From a virus: a stretch of 64,000 nucleotides of DNA. The stretch lies in the IMG/VR virus record IMGVR_UViG_3300045988_174937. One strand, written 5' to 3'. The notes beneath the pieces were generated by a model. That model made no database searches. It had not been told where the DNA came from and saw nothing but the letters and a program-made list of their open reading frames with translations. Each line of letters opens with the position of its first letter. Within the stretch, counting starts at the first letter, position 1. Both the position numbers and the translations under genes were made by a program. Shown here one piece after another: positions 1 through 9,163 of this stretch.

Positions 1-648
1 GCTCATGAGGGAGAGGTCAGCGTCGGTTCTTTGAACGACATCGAAGACGGCGATTGGATAATATGCCGTAACCTGCGCCCCCTGGTGGAGGTTTACCTGT
101 GGCTGTTGAAAAACAAGATTAAATCACGTGTCCGCGGTAAGGACATCGGTCGCAGTTTGGTGGATTTGGTAGACAAGACGGGAGCCCGTACTATCGACGA
201 GTTGGAAAAGCTACTTTGGAAAGAAGCCGATAAACTGGCCCAGAAACTGCGTGCTAAGGGTTGGAAGAACCCCGACGCGTCGCCGAAGATGGATGAACTC
301 TTGGAGAAAATCGAAGTGTTACGCGCGTTGGCCGTTGAAGCCGATACGGTAGTAGAACTGCGTGAAATAATCGAGGGAATTTTTACCGACGACCTGGAGG
401 GAATCCTGTTGATGACTATACATAAGTCCAAGGGTCTTGAAAACGACAACGTGTTCTTTCTGGCCCCGGAACTTATCCCGTCGCGTTTCGCTACACAGCC
501 GTGGCAGTTAGAGCAAGAATCAAACCTGAAATATGTGGCCATTACACGCGCCAAGAATTCACTAATATACGTTCCCTTAAATCAAGCAAAATATGACACC
601 AGCCAACCATTCAACGGAAGATATCCAATCCAAGGTTCACGACGATGA
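1..648 (+). CDS. SF1 (UvrD/PcrA/Rep-like) DNA helicase, C-terminal part; 5' end lies upstream of the window
   Basis: Frame 1 is open from nt 1. It carries helicase C-terminal motifs LLMTIHKSKGLENDNVFF (motif V-like) and YVAITRAKNSLIYV (motif VI-like). Confidence 0.7.
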   Translation, partial: AHEGEVSVGSLNDIEDGDWIICRNLRPLVEVYLWLLKNKIKSRVRGKDIGRSLVDLVDKTGARTIDELEKLLWKEADKLAQKLRAKGWKNPDASPKMDELLEKIEVLRALAVEADTVVELREIIEGIFTDDLEGILLMTIHKSKGLENDNVFFLAPELIPSRFATQPWQLEQESNLKYVAITRAKNSLIYVPLNQAKYDTSQPFNGRYPIQGSRR

Positions 649-781
649 ACTCAATAAGGCCGAGGACCGTATTGAGGACCACGAAGAGGAAACCATCGAG
701 CGTCATTTTCCCCGCCGTGCGCCACGCCAACGGACACGAGTCCCATCGCCCAAAGAAATCGCCAACGTTTTTAAGAAATGA
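593..781 (+). CDS. hypothetical small acidic/basic protein (overlaps helicase 3' end in another frame)
   Basis: ATG start, 62 codons. Codon choice is typical of this genome (GAC/GAG/CGT/ATC), unlike the AGG-rich alternative reading 645-797. Confidence 0.3.
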   Translation: MTPANHSTEDIQSKVHDDELNKAEDRIEDHEEETIERHFPRRAPRQRTRVPSPKEIANVFKK

Positions 782-797
782 AAACTTTTTAACAACG

Positions 798-1193
798 ATG
801 AAAAATTTATACTACCTTTTGAAACGTAACGCCGATAGCGGAAAGCCCGTTTATCACCAATGGCTGCGGTCGGGATTGATAGGCCGCGGGCGTGGCTTTT
901 CGGAATCGTCCGACCCGGACTTCGCGTTCCGCACCGAAGACCCTATCGAAATCCTGGTACACTACGAATACCTCCGCACGGAAATCCATTCGCCCTACGA
1001 GTGGGAGTTGGTGGCCTATATGATGGACGACGCCCAGCGTTCGTGGGCGGACCAGAGTCCTGCGGCGGAATACAGAAACGTACTACCGCCAACTGAAAGC
1101 ATCGAGGCTTGGAAACGCCGTATGGCCTACGACCCAGCCCTGATGGAGGTTTACACCGCCAAACTGGATGAACTACGCAAAAACTACGTATAA
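798..1193 (+). CDS. hypothetical protein
   Basis: Track ORF 645..1193 trimmed to ATG 798 (MKNLYYLL...), because 645-797 is AGG-rich and competes with a better-looking frame. Confidence 0.45.
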   Translation: MKNLYYLLKRNADSGKPVYHQWLRSGLIGRGRGFSESSDPDFAFRTEDPIEILVHYEYLRTEIHSPYEWELVAYMMDDAQRSWADQSPAAEYRNVLPPTESIEAWKRRMAYDPALMEVYTAKLDELRKNYV

Positions 1194-1858
1194 TGAAAAC
1201 TGTTGAAAACTACACGAATCGCGAGTGGTATTACCGTGCTGGCTATAAGGTCGCGCGAATCTTCACTACGGGTTGTATGCCTGTTATGGAAGACACGACC
1301 GAGAGTTCCGAAATGATGGTCGTCGCCAGGAATTTCCCCGATTCCCCGAACTCGGTGCTGATTCCCCTGGAAAAGTTTCACGAGCGTTGTTTGTGTCCCG
1401 CGACGCTACTGCCGGGAGACCTCGTCGCCCGATTGAATCACGGCTCGATAGTGCAGATTTACAGGGTGGCTGAAGAGGAATCAGGAGCGGTTCTTTCTTC
1501 TGAGACGAAATATAATTTGGTGCCGTTGAATTTCGGCGACCTTACACCAACGGGTGGCGAACCTGTCCCCAACGTGGATCCCGTCGTTACCAGCGAAAAC
1601 GTCATCACGGTATCAGGCGAAACAAAGACCATCATGGGTAGTTATTTCAAGTACATTACGGCTCGCCAGCTGGACACGCTCAAGTACGACGCCCTGCGTG
1701 AAAACGTTCGGCGAATTGCCGTTAAAATCAGCGGTTTCCTTAATAAGGACCGTTGGCGTGAGTACACCGCGGACCAGTTCGCTGCGCTGGAAGACATCGA
1801 TGCGCTTATCAAATCGGCCACCAAAATAATCAAAAAAGTAGATGGTGAAGAAGAGTAA
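1193..1858 (+). CDS. hypothetical protein
   Basis: 221 aa. The ATG overlaps the preceding TAA (TAATG). No motif recognised. Confidence 0.55.
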   Translation: MKTVENYTNREWYYRAGYKVARIFTTGCMPVMEDTTESSEMMVVARNFPDSPNSVLIPLEKFHERCLCPATLLPGDLVARLNHGSIVQIYRVAEEESGAVLSSETKYNLVPLNFGDLTPTGGEPVPNVDPVVTSENVITVSGETKTIMGSYFKYITARQLDTLKYDALRENVRRIAVKISGFLNKDRWREYTADQFAALEDIDALIKSATKIIKKVDGEEE

Positions 1859-2054
1859 GGCGCGGTTCTTCCGCGTGGGGAAGAGGTATCTGTTGCCTGT
1901 AGGTACGTCGTTTGTCGTGGTAAAGATACGCCCCGAACAGAACACAATGAACGTTCAATTCATCGGTCCTGATTGCTCCACGTCGGGCGTCGAATCGGTT
2001 AATTTAGTAAACTACAAGAAAGCGCTCCAGCGAGGAGAAATTGAAGAAATCTAA
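1842..2054 (+). CDS. hypothetical small protein
   Basis: 70 aa, ATG start, 17-nt overlap with the upstream gene. Confidence 0.4.
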   Translation: MVKKSKARFFRVGKRYLLPVGTSFVVVKIRPEQNTMNVQFIGPDCSTSGVESVNLVNYKKALQRGEIEEI

Positions 2055-2060
2055 CTACCT

Positions 2061-2528
2061 ATGAAATTTACACCTGAAAATATTAATGAACTGCCAGACG
2101 ACGGCGTATTTGTGTTCGGCTCTAATACCGACGGCGAACACTGCGGTGGCGCGGCCTACACGGCGATGAAACGTTTTGGCGCCGTCAACGGTCAAGCCGA
2201 GGGTCCCCAGGGCCGAAGCTACGCCATCCCGACGATGGAGTACGTCGAAATCAACGCCGAAGACGAATTCCCGGAATATAATAAAGCAAAGGTTCCGTCC
2301 AAGGTGCTTTTGGAGGCGTGTGACCGCTTCATCCTCTACACCAGCCAACACCCCGAATTGCGTTTCTACGTAACGAAGATTGGTTGCGGAATTGCTGGTT
2401 GGAGCGTGGATGAAGTCGCTAAAACGTTTGCCACGGCCTTGGCGTCGTTTCTGGTTCCACTGCCTGATAATATCGTTTGGCCGCGCGAGTTCTACGAAAT
2501 ACTGCAGAGCCATGGCTTGGTTGGTTAG
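2061..2528 (+). CDS. A1S_2505-like conserved phage non-structural protein (function unknown)
   Basis: The N-terminal GVFVFGSNTDGEHCGGAAYTAMKRFGAVNGQAEGPQGRSYAIPT matches my memory of this widespread phage family signature. Confidence 0.45.
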   Translation: MKFTPENINELPDDGVFVFGSNTDGEHCGGAAYTAMKRFGAVNGQAEGPQGRSYAIPTMEYVEINAEDEFPEYNKAKVPSKVLLEACDRFILYTSQHPELRFYVTKIGCGIAGWSVDEVAKTFATALASFLVPLPDNIVWPREFYEILQSHGLVG

Positions 2529-3303
2529 ACACGCCGTGGAGGGGTACATCCTCACCGACCAGCACCCGATTAGGATAAAAGACCATCGGTTGTTCTTCAG
2601 CGAAGCCAAGTCCGTCGCCATTACCCCAGAGCAGGCCGCCATATTGTTGGATGGCGCCACGCTGGAGAACGGTGAGTACGTCCAACTGCGTTCTTCGTCG
2701 ATGGTAGCTATCAAGCCCGGATATTATACCGCCGATGCCGATGGTACGTTCCACTGGTTTGAACGCCGTCCGTCGTACTACGACGGCCAATGGTACACCA
2801 CTGACGGCCGTTCGGAGTTGGTCGATAAGCGCGTACTGGAAGGACGCCTACCGCGCATCCCCACCCCCGACGACCAGTATCCTACGCAGTACGGCCCCAA
2901 ACAGGCCCATACAGAGTCGTTAATCGGTACGGACGTACTACCTGCCCCGGCATCGGCAGAACTCTTGGCACGAGGCTTAAAACCGCGAAAACAACTGGGG
3001 TACGTACTGCGCCGTGGACACCATTCGGGCGTATTACTCACCACCCATCAGCCGCGGGCGTTTGAAGCCCTACGAAACCACCGCTACCAACCAGCGTTTA
3101 CTTTGGAAGACGTGTTGATGGAATTACTGACGTATGGTCGTGTGCGTCTCGAACTGTTGGACGACAACCGCGTGTTGGTAGAAATCGACCAGTCGAAGAA
3201 CCTATACATCGACCGTAATATCGCCATGGCGTTATTTGGCGCCCTGCTGTACGCTAATGCGATGTTGCGTAAAGAAGCAGAAATATGGAAAGAGAAGCGA
3301 TGA
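2512..3303 (+). CDS. hypothetical protein
   Basis: Track ORF 2380..3303 trimmed to the first ATG (2512, MAWLVRH...), which removes most of the overlap with 2061..2528. Confidence 0.5.
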   Translation: MAWLVRHAVEGYILTDQHPIRIKDHRLFFSEAKSVAITPEQAAILLDGATLENGEYVQLRSSSMVAIKPGYYTADADGTFHWFERRPSYYDGQWYTTDGRSELVDKRVLEGRLPRIPTPDDQYPTQYGPKQAHTESLIGTDVLPAPASAELLARGLKPRKQLGYVLRRGHHSGVLLTTHQPRAFEALRNHRYQPAFTLEDVLMELLTYGRVRLELLDDNRVLVEIDQSKNLYIDRNIAMALFGALLYANAMLRKEAEIWKEKR

Positions 3304-3842
3304 AATACTACGTCACGTCGGCCGGAACGGCGACTTACGACGCTATTTTTGCGTTGGCGTGGAAACGAATACAGGCCCTGAATGCCGCACGGGCGTTTGT
3401 CGCGGGCGTTGGTGGCGTAAGCTATCGACCAGCCAAAATGCTCTGGGCTGGCGGTATCTCCACCGTGGAGTTTACCACCACTCCGCCGTCAGGTTGGCGA
3501 CGCGACGGTTCACCGTTGGCTAATATGTATCGCCCTGACTCTACACCCGAGGGCCGTGCGCTTTACGAACGTATTCAGCGCCTACCACGTGTTGGCCGTA
3601 ACGAGGTGAACGCCTTGGTGGGTTATACGGACTATTTCGCTGGATGTCGTGTGGAGGTAGAGGCCAACGTTAAAATCGTTGGCGTTAAGTTCGGTTTCGC
3701 CGTGTCGAAGTGGATGGTGGAATCGGGACGCGCCAAAATACCCGCCGACTGCACCGAGGTCTCCAAGGAGGCATATGCCGACCTCACAGGCCAGAATATA
3801 CGGTTGGCGTACAAACGTAAAAAACAACAGCAGAAGATATGA
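3300..3842 (+). CDS. hypothetical protein
   Basis: ATG 3300 forms an ATGA overlap with the upstream stop. 180 aa. Confidence 0.5.
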   Translation: MKYYVTSAGTATYDAIFALAWKRIQALNAARAFVAGVGGVSYRPAKMLWAGGISTVEFTTTPPSGWRRDGSPLANMYRPDSTPEGRALYERIQRLPRVGRNEVNALVGYTDYFAGCRVEVEANVKIVGVKFGFAVSKWMVESGRAKIPADCTEVSKEAYADLTGQNIRLAYKRKKQQQKI

Positions 3843-4030
3843 GTACCGAGTTGATAGGCGTTGTAGGATTCGTCGTGTTTTTGGTGACGATAGTCCTTGT
3901 AATGATAATAGCGTTGGCGGAAGAACGTCGGAAACGTTCCGCGTCGCGTAAGCGAATCAACGCCCTACGCACCAACCGCCTGCGTTGGCTGTTGTTTAAG
4001 GAACGTGAAGAACAAAACCGCAAACGATGA
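3839..4030 (+). CDS. small membrane protein
   Basis: 63 aa. One hydrophobic helix (LIGVVGFVVFLVTIVLVMIIAL) followed by an Arg/Lys-rich tail. ATGA overlap. Confidence 0.45.
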   Translation: MSTELIGVVGFVVFLVTIVLVMIIALAEERRKRSASRKRINALRTNRLRWLLFKEREEQNRKR

Positions 4031-4067
4031 CTAAATTTGATTCCAACAGAAGAATTGGTTGACGATT

Positions 4068-4289
4068 ATGAGCAGTATGAATAAAAAGCGTCGCGGCCCT
4101 GCCGTATGTACTACGCCGCGTAACAACGTGCGGTTGGAACTCCACGAGTTGGAACTTTTGGTGAACACGTTGGAGGTTGAAGCAGGCATCAACCAAGCCG
4201 CGGTGGTCTATACCGATATGCAGTATACGGCCTTGGCGAATAAACTACGCTGGACGTTAGTACGCGAACGAGAACGCACCAAAAGATGA
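4068..4289 (+). CDS. hypothetical small protein
   Basis: Track ORF 4059..4289 trimmed to ATG 4068. Confidence 0.4.
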   Translation: MSSMNKKRRGPAVCTTPRNNVRLELHELELLVNTLEVEAGINQAAVVYTDMQYTALANKLRWTLVRERERTKR

Positions 4290-4606
4290 AATACGAAATC
4301 TATAAAACGCGTGACGGGCTCCTGATCCCTGTACTCTACCCAGAGGACGCGGGTCAGGCGTTTCGCTTAACCGTCCCCGACGCCGTAAAGGTCAGCGAGG
4401 GTACAGCGCGTAACACCATCGCCTACGGAATAGTCCCTACGCGTATGCGCCGCCAACCGTTTCCCGTCCATAACAACATTTGGCGTGACCGCGAATTGCT
4501 TGGCGCTTTGAGCGGTGACCACAACCGCTGGGCTTTTGTGGATTATCGTAACGAGGTGGCGCCAAAATACCCATTGTCGGCGCTCCATTCTAACGAAGAG
4601 CAATAA
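4286..4606 (+). CDS. hypothetical protein
   Basis: 106 aa. ATGA overlap with the upstream gene. Confidence 0.45.
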   Translation: MKYEIYKTRDGLLIPVLYPEDAGQAFRLTVPDAVKVSEGTARNTIAYGIVPTRMRRQPFPVHNNIWRDRELLGALSGDHNRWAFVDYRNEVAPKYPLSALHSNEEQ

Positions 4607-4665
4607 TCTACAATGGTGTAGAATCCTCCAAACCATTTATTATTACAAAAATTAACAAGACAAAT

Positions 4666-5907
4666 ATGGCGGAAAGTCCTAACAATCTCGGTATCAACGA
4701 TGAAATACCAGCCGATGTGGTTGATGCTGTTGCATGGCGAAAATACCAAGTTCTTCGCCATTCGATAATCGTACGACGTGTATCGGTTACGGCCAGCGAC
4801 GGAACCAGCATTAACCTTAATTGGTTTCCTGAAAAGCTACATCGCTCGATAAAACATCTCTCTCCCGAAGAACGCGAAGAAATCGAAGCGCTGTATTCCA
4901 AGCGCAAGAAAGTGGTTATGGTCGCCAGCCGCCAAAAAGCCATCGCTCGGGGTAGTTATATCGCTGGACAAAAGCGTCGTGCTGAAGCCCGTGCCGAATT
5001 CGAAAAGCTGAACGCCAGCGACCTATCTCTGGTCGAAGATATCAAGGAACTACTCGGTAAGATGTTCACCCCCAAGGAGGTTGTACGTATTATGGCCGAA
5101 AGCCGTGAATTGGAGATTACCCAGGACTACGTACAGGAAATCCTCAAGCGCCATATCACCGATATCGAGAAACGCCGCGAAGAGTTCCGTAACCGTGTAC
5201 AGGATGTGCGTCTGTATTCGAAGCGTCCTCGGTTGGAGGAATTGGCGTGGATGTATAGCCAGATGAAACTCCGTTACAAGGCCCTGCGTGGTGTGGAAGC
5301 CTACAACGCCATGTTGCGTACTTTGGAGCAAATACGAAAGGAAGCTGAGGGTGACCAAATCTTCATTAACGGCGCTGTGGACATTAACGTCGAAGCAGAG
5401 ATACGTATGCACATCCAGGAAACCATCTACAAGAGTATTAACCTCAAAGAGATTATCCTGGGACGCGTGGCGGCACGTATGAACTGGAGTCTACCAAAAC
5501 TCGTTGCTGGACTTCACAACTCGTATTACGCCCGCTTCATGCCTACCAACGAAGAGTATGACCCCAAGGCAGAAATGGAATATCCATCATCCATGAACTA
5601 CGACTTCAACCGCATACAACATGACCACGCCGTAAGCGGTATTGACGAAGTGGAGGATGTAAAGGCCGAACCCGTTACCGATAACGAACGTACTACAGCC
5701 ACCGCCATCCGCGACTTGTTCTTGCAACGTATCAAGCAACAGCGTGATGCTTTGGAAGAACCACGGCGACGTGTTGAAGCAGAAACGGAATTCTGGCGCA
5801 CAAAGTTTAACAAGACAGCGGGTGACGACCACGAATTAACCAAGGAGGAGGGACGTGTACCGCAACATAAGTTTAACAAAAAGCAAAAATCTAAATTCAA
5901 GAAGTGA
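4666..5907 (+). CDS. hypothetical protein, Lys/Arg/Glu-rich, likely coiled-coil
   Basis: 413-aa uninterrupted ORF with an ATG start. Charged heptad-like stretches. No catalytic motif seen. Confidence 0.55.
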   Translation: MAESPNNLGINDEIPADVVDAVAWRKYQVLRHSIIVRRVSVTASDGTSINLNWFPEKLHRSIKHLSPEEREEIEALYSKRKKVVMVASRQKAIARGSYIAGQKRRAEARAEFEKLNASDLSLVEDIKELLGKMFTPKEVVRIMAESRELEITQDYVQEILKRHITDIEKRREEFRNRVQDVRLYSKRPRLEELAWMYSQMKLRYKALRGVEAYNAMLRTLEQIRKEAEGDQIFINGAVDINVEAEIRMHIQETIYKSINLKEIILGRVAARMNWSLPKLVAGLHNSYYARFMPTNEEYDPKAEMEYPSSMNYDFNRIQHDHAVSGIDEVEDVKAEPVTDNERTTATAIRDLFLQRIKQQRDALEEPRRRVEAETEFWRTKFNKTAGDDHELTKEEGRVPQHKFNKKQKSKFKK

Positions 5908-6476
5908 TGGAAATTCAAGAATTCAAGCAGCGCTGGAACGGCCAGCCCATCGAACTCATCAGCACCGAGGAAGCGTGCGTGTTGGTAAATCTTCAGCGCG
6001 AACTGGAGGAGCGTGCGTCGTATGTCGCTCAAAAGGCCGCGGCCATCGGTTGGCAGGCCTCAAAGGTAGTACCCGTCGCCAACGGCTGGGCCGATCGTAC
6101 CCGTAACCTGATGTTCGTTGGCGACGACGTGGCAGGGAAGTTCGTAACTACCCCCACCGAGGTACGTTCGTTTGGCGAATTTCGGCGCGACTTCGAAAAC
6201 ATGATGTACATGCTGCAGACGCGCGTTGAGGCCTCGGACTACGTGATGGGCGCCATCCGTTCGCTGGGCTTCGACGTTCGTCCCGACACCACGGTGGAGA
6301 AGATGACGGCGATGGAAATAGCCGCCGTGGCGTCGTCCCCTGAGACAGGTGTAGTTCCGGCGTTCGCCAACACGTCAGCGGCCGTGTACATCTCCCTCAG
6401 CGAAAAGGACCGTAACGTGCGATTTGTGGCCGTGGCCGGAGTCGGGTGGTACAAGGTAACGTTCGCCGATCGATAA
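5907..6476 (+). CDS. hypothetical protein
   Basis: ATG 5907 overlaps the upstream TGA by 1 nt. GTG 5904 is an alternative start. Confidence 0.5.
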   Translation: MEIQEFKQRWNGQPIELISTEEACVLVNLQRELEERASYVAQKAAAIGWQASKVVPVANGWADRTRNLMFVGDDVAGKFVTTPTEVRSFGEFRRDFENMMYMLQTRVEASDYVMGAIRSLGFDVRPDTTVEKMTAMEIAAVASSPETGVVPAFANTSAAVYISLSEKDRNVRFVAVAGVGWYKVTFADR

Positions 6477-6494
6477 CGAAAATTCAAGACCAAA

Positions 6495-7040
6495 ATGGAC
6501 GACAAATCGACATTATTCGCCGCGCTGGTGTGCGCCTTGGCTATCGTCGTGGCGCTGATCGCGGAACACCGCCCGTCTTTCTTCTGGTGGCGGTATTTGT
6601 TCGGGTTGGAGAAAACCAGCCCTGACGAAATGGAATGGAACGAGGTGTTACAGCGTATTCGTAAACGCACTCAACGGGCCTTTGAACGCGAACCTGGCTC
6701 CAAGGTCCTTTCCAACGGCGTCTACGCTGAGTACCACGAAGAAGAATACCCTGGCGGCAACTTGCGTCAGGAATTGACACTGTGGCTGAAACGACAAAAT
6801 ATGCTCCAATTCCCGTTCGTGGTGAATATCTGTTTACTCGACGGTACGGCTGATATCACGGGCATTGGCGCCAACGAAGCCGACGACTACCAGTGGATGA
6901 TGGAGCAAATTGGTGCTGAGTCGTGCTACGAAATCGCCAAGCGGACGTATATCTGTGAGCAGGGCAGCCACCGCGGCCAAACCGAACGCGCCAAGGTCGA
7001 ACACGAGTACATCCAGTGGATAGCGCGGAAATTCATCTAA
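6495..7040 (+). CDS. hypothetical protein with N-terminal transmembrane helix
   Basis: 181 aa. N-terminal LFAALVCALAIVVALIA. It is the last gene before a strong terminator. Confidence 0.5.
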   Translation: MDDKSTLFAALVCALAIVVALIAEHRPSFFWWRYLFGLEKTSPDEMEWNEVLQRIRKRTQRAFEREPGSKVLSNGVYAEYHEEEYPGGNLRQELTLWLKRQNMLQFPFVVNICLLDGTADITGIGANEADDYQWMMEQIGAESCYEIAKRTYICEQGSHRGQTERAKVEHEYIQWIARKFI

Positions 7041-7084
7041 CAACGTTACTCCACCAGACGCCGCGAGGCGGTGTAACACTTCTT

Positions 7085-7116
7085 CCCCCAGTAGGCGAGT
7101 GCCTGCTGGGGGTTTT
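7085..7116 (+). terminator. rho-independent terminator
   Basis: 12-bp stem CCCCCAGTAGGC/GCCTGCTGGGGG (one G-U pair), 4-nt loop, then TTTT. Confidence 0.75.
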
Positions 7117-7148
7117 GTATAAAATTCGATAAATTATCGAAAAAGTCG

Positions 7149-7197
7149 CCAAAATATTTTGTAGATTGGAAAATTCGTATTACCTTTGTAGTGGAAA
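7149..7197 (+). promoter_or_regulatory. conserved promoter cassette P1 (Bacteroidota-type -33/-7)
   Basis: CCAAAATATTTTGTAGATTG is identical in P1-P3. TTTG at 7158-7161, then N19, then TACCTTTG at 7181-7188. ATG at 7198. Confidence 0.7.
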
Positions 7198-7410
7198 ATG
7201 AAACTAAACTCTGTAAAAATGGACAAGAATCGTAAACAACTGGAAGAACGCGCCGCGTGGATGCTGGTTATAATCGTCGTCGTGATAGCTTTCGTTGGCG
7301 TCAACTTGGTGTGGTACGGCGAGGGCTTGACGAAACTGTGCGGACTGCTCGTTATTGGGTATGGCGGGTATGTGATTAACCGGATTATTGAACGCTTAAA
7401 CCGTCGGTAG
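7198..7410 (+). CDS. small membrane protein
   Basis: 70 aa. Two hydrophobic stretches (WMLVIIVVVIAFVGVNLVWY, LCGLLVIGYGGYVI). It is the first gene after P1. Confidence 0.5.
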   Translation: MKLNSVKMDKNRKQLEERAAWMLVIIVVVIAFVGVNLVWYGEGLTKLCGLLVIGYGGYVINRIIERLNRR

Positions 7411-7414
7411 CCCT

Positions 7415-7522
7415 ATGACGCGTGAAATGATTATCGCTGCGGCGTATGCTGCTGGCTGGGATGGTGAAACGCCCAGCGTTACCGAGGCTGAAGCCTATTT
7501 GGCCGCCATCGTAAGATTGTAG
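7415..7522 (+). CDS. possible 35-aa micro-ORF (MTREMIIAAAYAAGWDGETPSVTEAEAYLAAIVRL)
   Basis: Read by hand in the 7411-7543 gap. It is below the ORF-track size cut-off. ATG start, TAG stop, plausible codon usage. Confidence 0.25.
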   Translation: MTREMIIAAAYAAGWDGETPSVTEAEAYLAAIVRL

Positions 7523-7543
7523 AACCGTATTGTGTTTTGAAAA

Positions 7544-7771
7544 ATGGAAAAGAATTACATCGTTAACGATCAAACTCGTTATATCCCGCGGGAAGAACTC
7601 GTCCAATTGGAAGAAACCATCTGGTGGGCTTCGCGCCTCACAAATCCTGATATTATCGTGACTAACACCGATAATTTTGAAGACGTTGACGCTTATCGTT
7701 CAGCGGCCCTCCAAGAATTAGCGCGAATTAACGTGCGCCGTCAAGAACTCTTGAAAATACTATTAGAATAG
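7544..7771 (+). CDS. hypothetical small protein
   Basis: 75 aa, ATG start. Confidence 0.45.
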   Translation: MEKNYIVNDQTRYIPREELVQLEETIWWASRLTNPDIIVTNTDNFEDVDAYRSAALQELARINVRRQELLKILLE

Positions 7772-7776
7772 CAAAT

Positions 7777-8103
7777 ATGAAATCCGAGACCCTTAAACAG
7801 TTCCTGGCTGAGAAGCGTAAGGCCTACGCCCAGTCCGCTGAGGCCGTAATGAAGACGTTGGACACGCTTACGCACGTAAGCGGTAACGCGTACTTCGGTT
7901 CGGCCGTAATTATCAACATCACCGATCTCGAAGGCAAAGTCTTAGCCGACGCCGCCATCAACGGCGAGTTCTTCGACGCCTTACGGCCTCACCTCGTTGA
8001 GGCGTATCGCCAAACGCTGGCTGAAAAGTCAATTTTCGCTGAACACAATCTCCGTAAAATGCAATGTATGATCAAGGCCCTCGACCCCGAGCGCTCTAAA
8101 TAA
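7777..8103 (+). CDS. hypothetical protein
   Basis: 108 aa, ATG start. Confidence 0.5.
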   Translation: MKSETLKQFLAEKRKAYAQSAEAVMKTLDTLTHVSGNAYFGSAVIINITDLEGKVLADAAINGEFFDALRPHLVEAYRQTLAEKSIFAEHNLRKMQCMIKALDPERSK

Positions 8104-8114
8104 CCCCCCAAACG

Positions 8115-8444
8115 ATGAATCCTCTGTACCGTATCGGCTCCCGCGTGAAGGTTAAGACGTGGCCCGAAATAGCTGAATACGTCGGTGTTGAATACGACGA
8201 ACGGACGTTCTTGGAGTTGGAAGGCGTGGTATACGATGACGCCAACGACGACCCTATCGGGTTGTTGGACGAAATGTACGACGCCGCTGGTAAGGGCGAA
8301 GACACGTGCCTTATCGTTGGCGGCGATACCGAGGACGAGTTCCCGACCTACCACCTGCGTAACCTACGCACAGGCCAGATGGTAGAACGCGAACCACGTG
8401 CGCCGTACCAGTTCCGTGATTGGATGTTAAAACTGACGCGGTGA
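8115..8444 (+). CDS. hypothetical protein (acidic)
   Basis: 109 aa, ATG start. Confidence 0.5.
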   Translation: MNPLYRIGSRVKVKTWPEIAEYVGVEYDERTFLELEGVVYDDANDDPIGLLDEMYDAAGKGEDTCLIVGGDTEDEFPTYHLRNLRTGQMVEREPRAPYQFRDWMLKLTR

Positions 8445-8677
8445 TGACTAAGGACGAAATAATACGCCAAATCGAGGATGTACGTCGTCAACGCGCCAAG
8501 ACCGAACGCCAGTTGATAGCGCGAGGACGCGGTTATCCCGTCCACAACGACGCCGAGGTAGAACTCACACTCGATGAGTACCACTACGAGGGTTCTTCGT
8601 CACGCAGCGAGGAGCGGCTGTTGGCCCTCCTGGACGAAGAACGCGCTAAATACACCACCACCCTAACTTATCTGTGA
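8444..8677 (+). CDS. hypothetical small protein
   Basis: Track ORF 8420..8677 trimmed to ATG 8444 (TGATG overlap with the upstream stop). Confidence 0.4.
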   Translation: MTKDEIIRQIEDVRRQRAKTERQLIARGRGYPVHNDAEVELTLDEYHYEGSSSRSEERLLALLDEERAKYTTTLTYL

Positions 8678-8678
8678 T

Positions 8679-9161
8679 ATGGCCCGACAACACGGTAAGC
8701 GCGACATTCTGTACGACGGCAGTGCCGCGCTCAAGGAACTTACAGAAAACTACGCCACGATGGATGTAAAGGCGTTCTGTGCTAAATGGGGGCTGTCGAT
8801 TGCTACAGTTCGCTCGACGGCCTCGCGGAGGGGTTTACACCGTCTTCGTGGGAAACAGGCTAAAATCGGCACCGCCAACACGAATAAGGGCATTCAGCGT
8901 CCCGTGCTGCCGAAGCCCGAGCCTGAAACCCCGCCCGCGCCAGCCTACGAACCGCCAAAAGATATGATTCCGCCATCGTTACTTAAACAGGTACGTGGTC
9001 GTCGCTTGCGGGCTTGGAAAGAACCCTCGTCGCGTGCCGAACTCAACACGATGCCTGTACCGTATCCGTTCAGCGAAATCGCCGACGCACCCTACAACCG
9101 CGGATTGGATGAAACACCAGAAGAAACGGGTCGCGTTATAAGACACACCAAAAACCGATAG
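8679..9161 (+). CDS. hypothetical protein, possible N-terminal HTH plus Pro-rich linker
   Basis: 160 aa. KAFCAKWGLSIATVRSTASRRG looks HTH-like. PKPEPETPPAPAYEPP forms a linker. Confidence 0.45.
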   Translation: MARQHGKRDILYDGSAALKELTENYATMDVKAFCAKWGLSIATVRSTASRRGLHRLRGKQAKIGTANTNKGIQRPVLPKPEPETPPAPAYEPPKDMIPPSLLKQVRGRRLRAWKEPSSRAELNTMPVPYPFSEIADAPYNRGLDETPEETGRVIRHTKNR

Positions 9162-9163
9162 CC

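Noticed and set aside
645-797. N-terminal extension of track ORF 645..1193
   Set aside because: This part is dominated by AGG/AGA/ACG codons that are rare elsewhere in the window. It also overlaps a better-looking frame (593-781). The start was moved to ATG 798.
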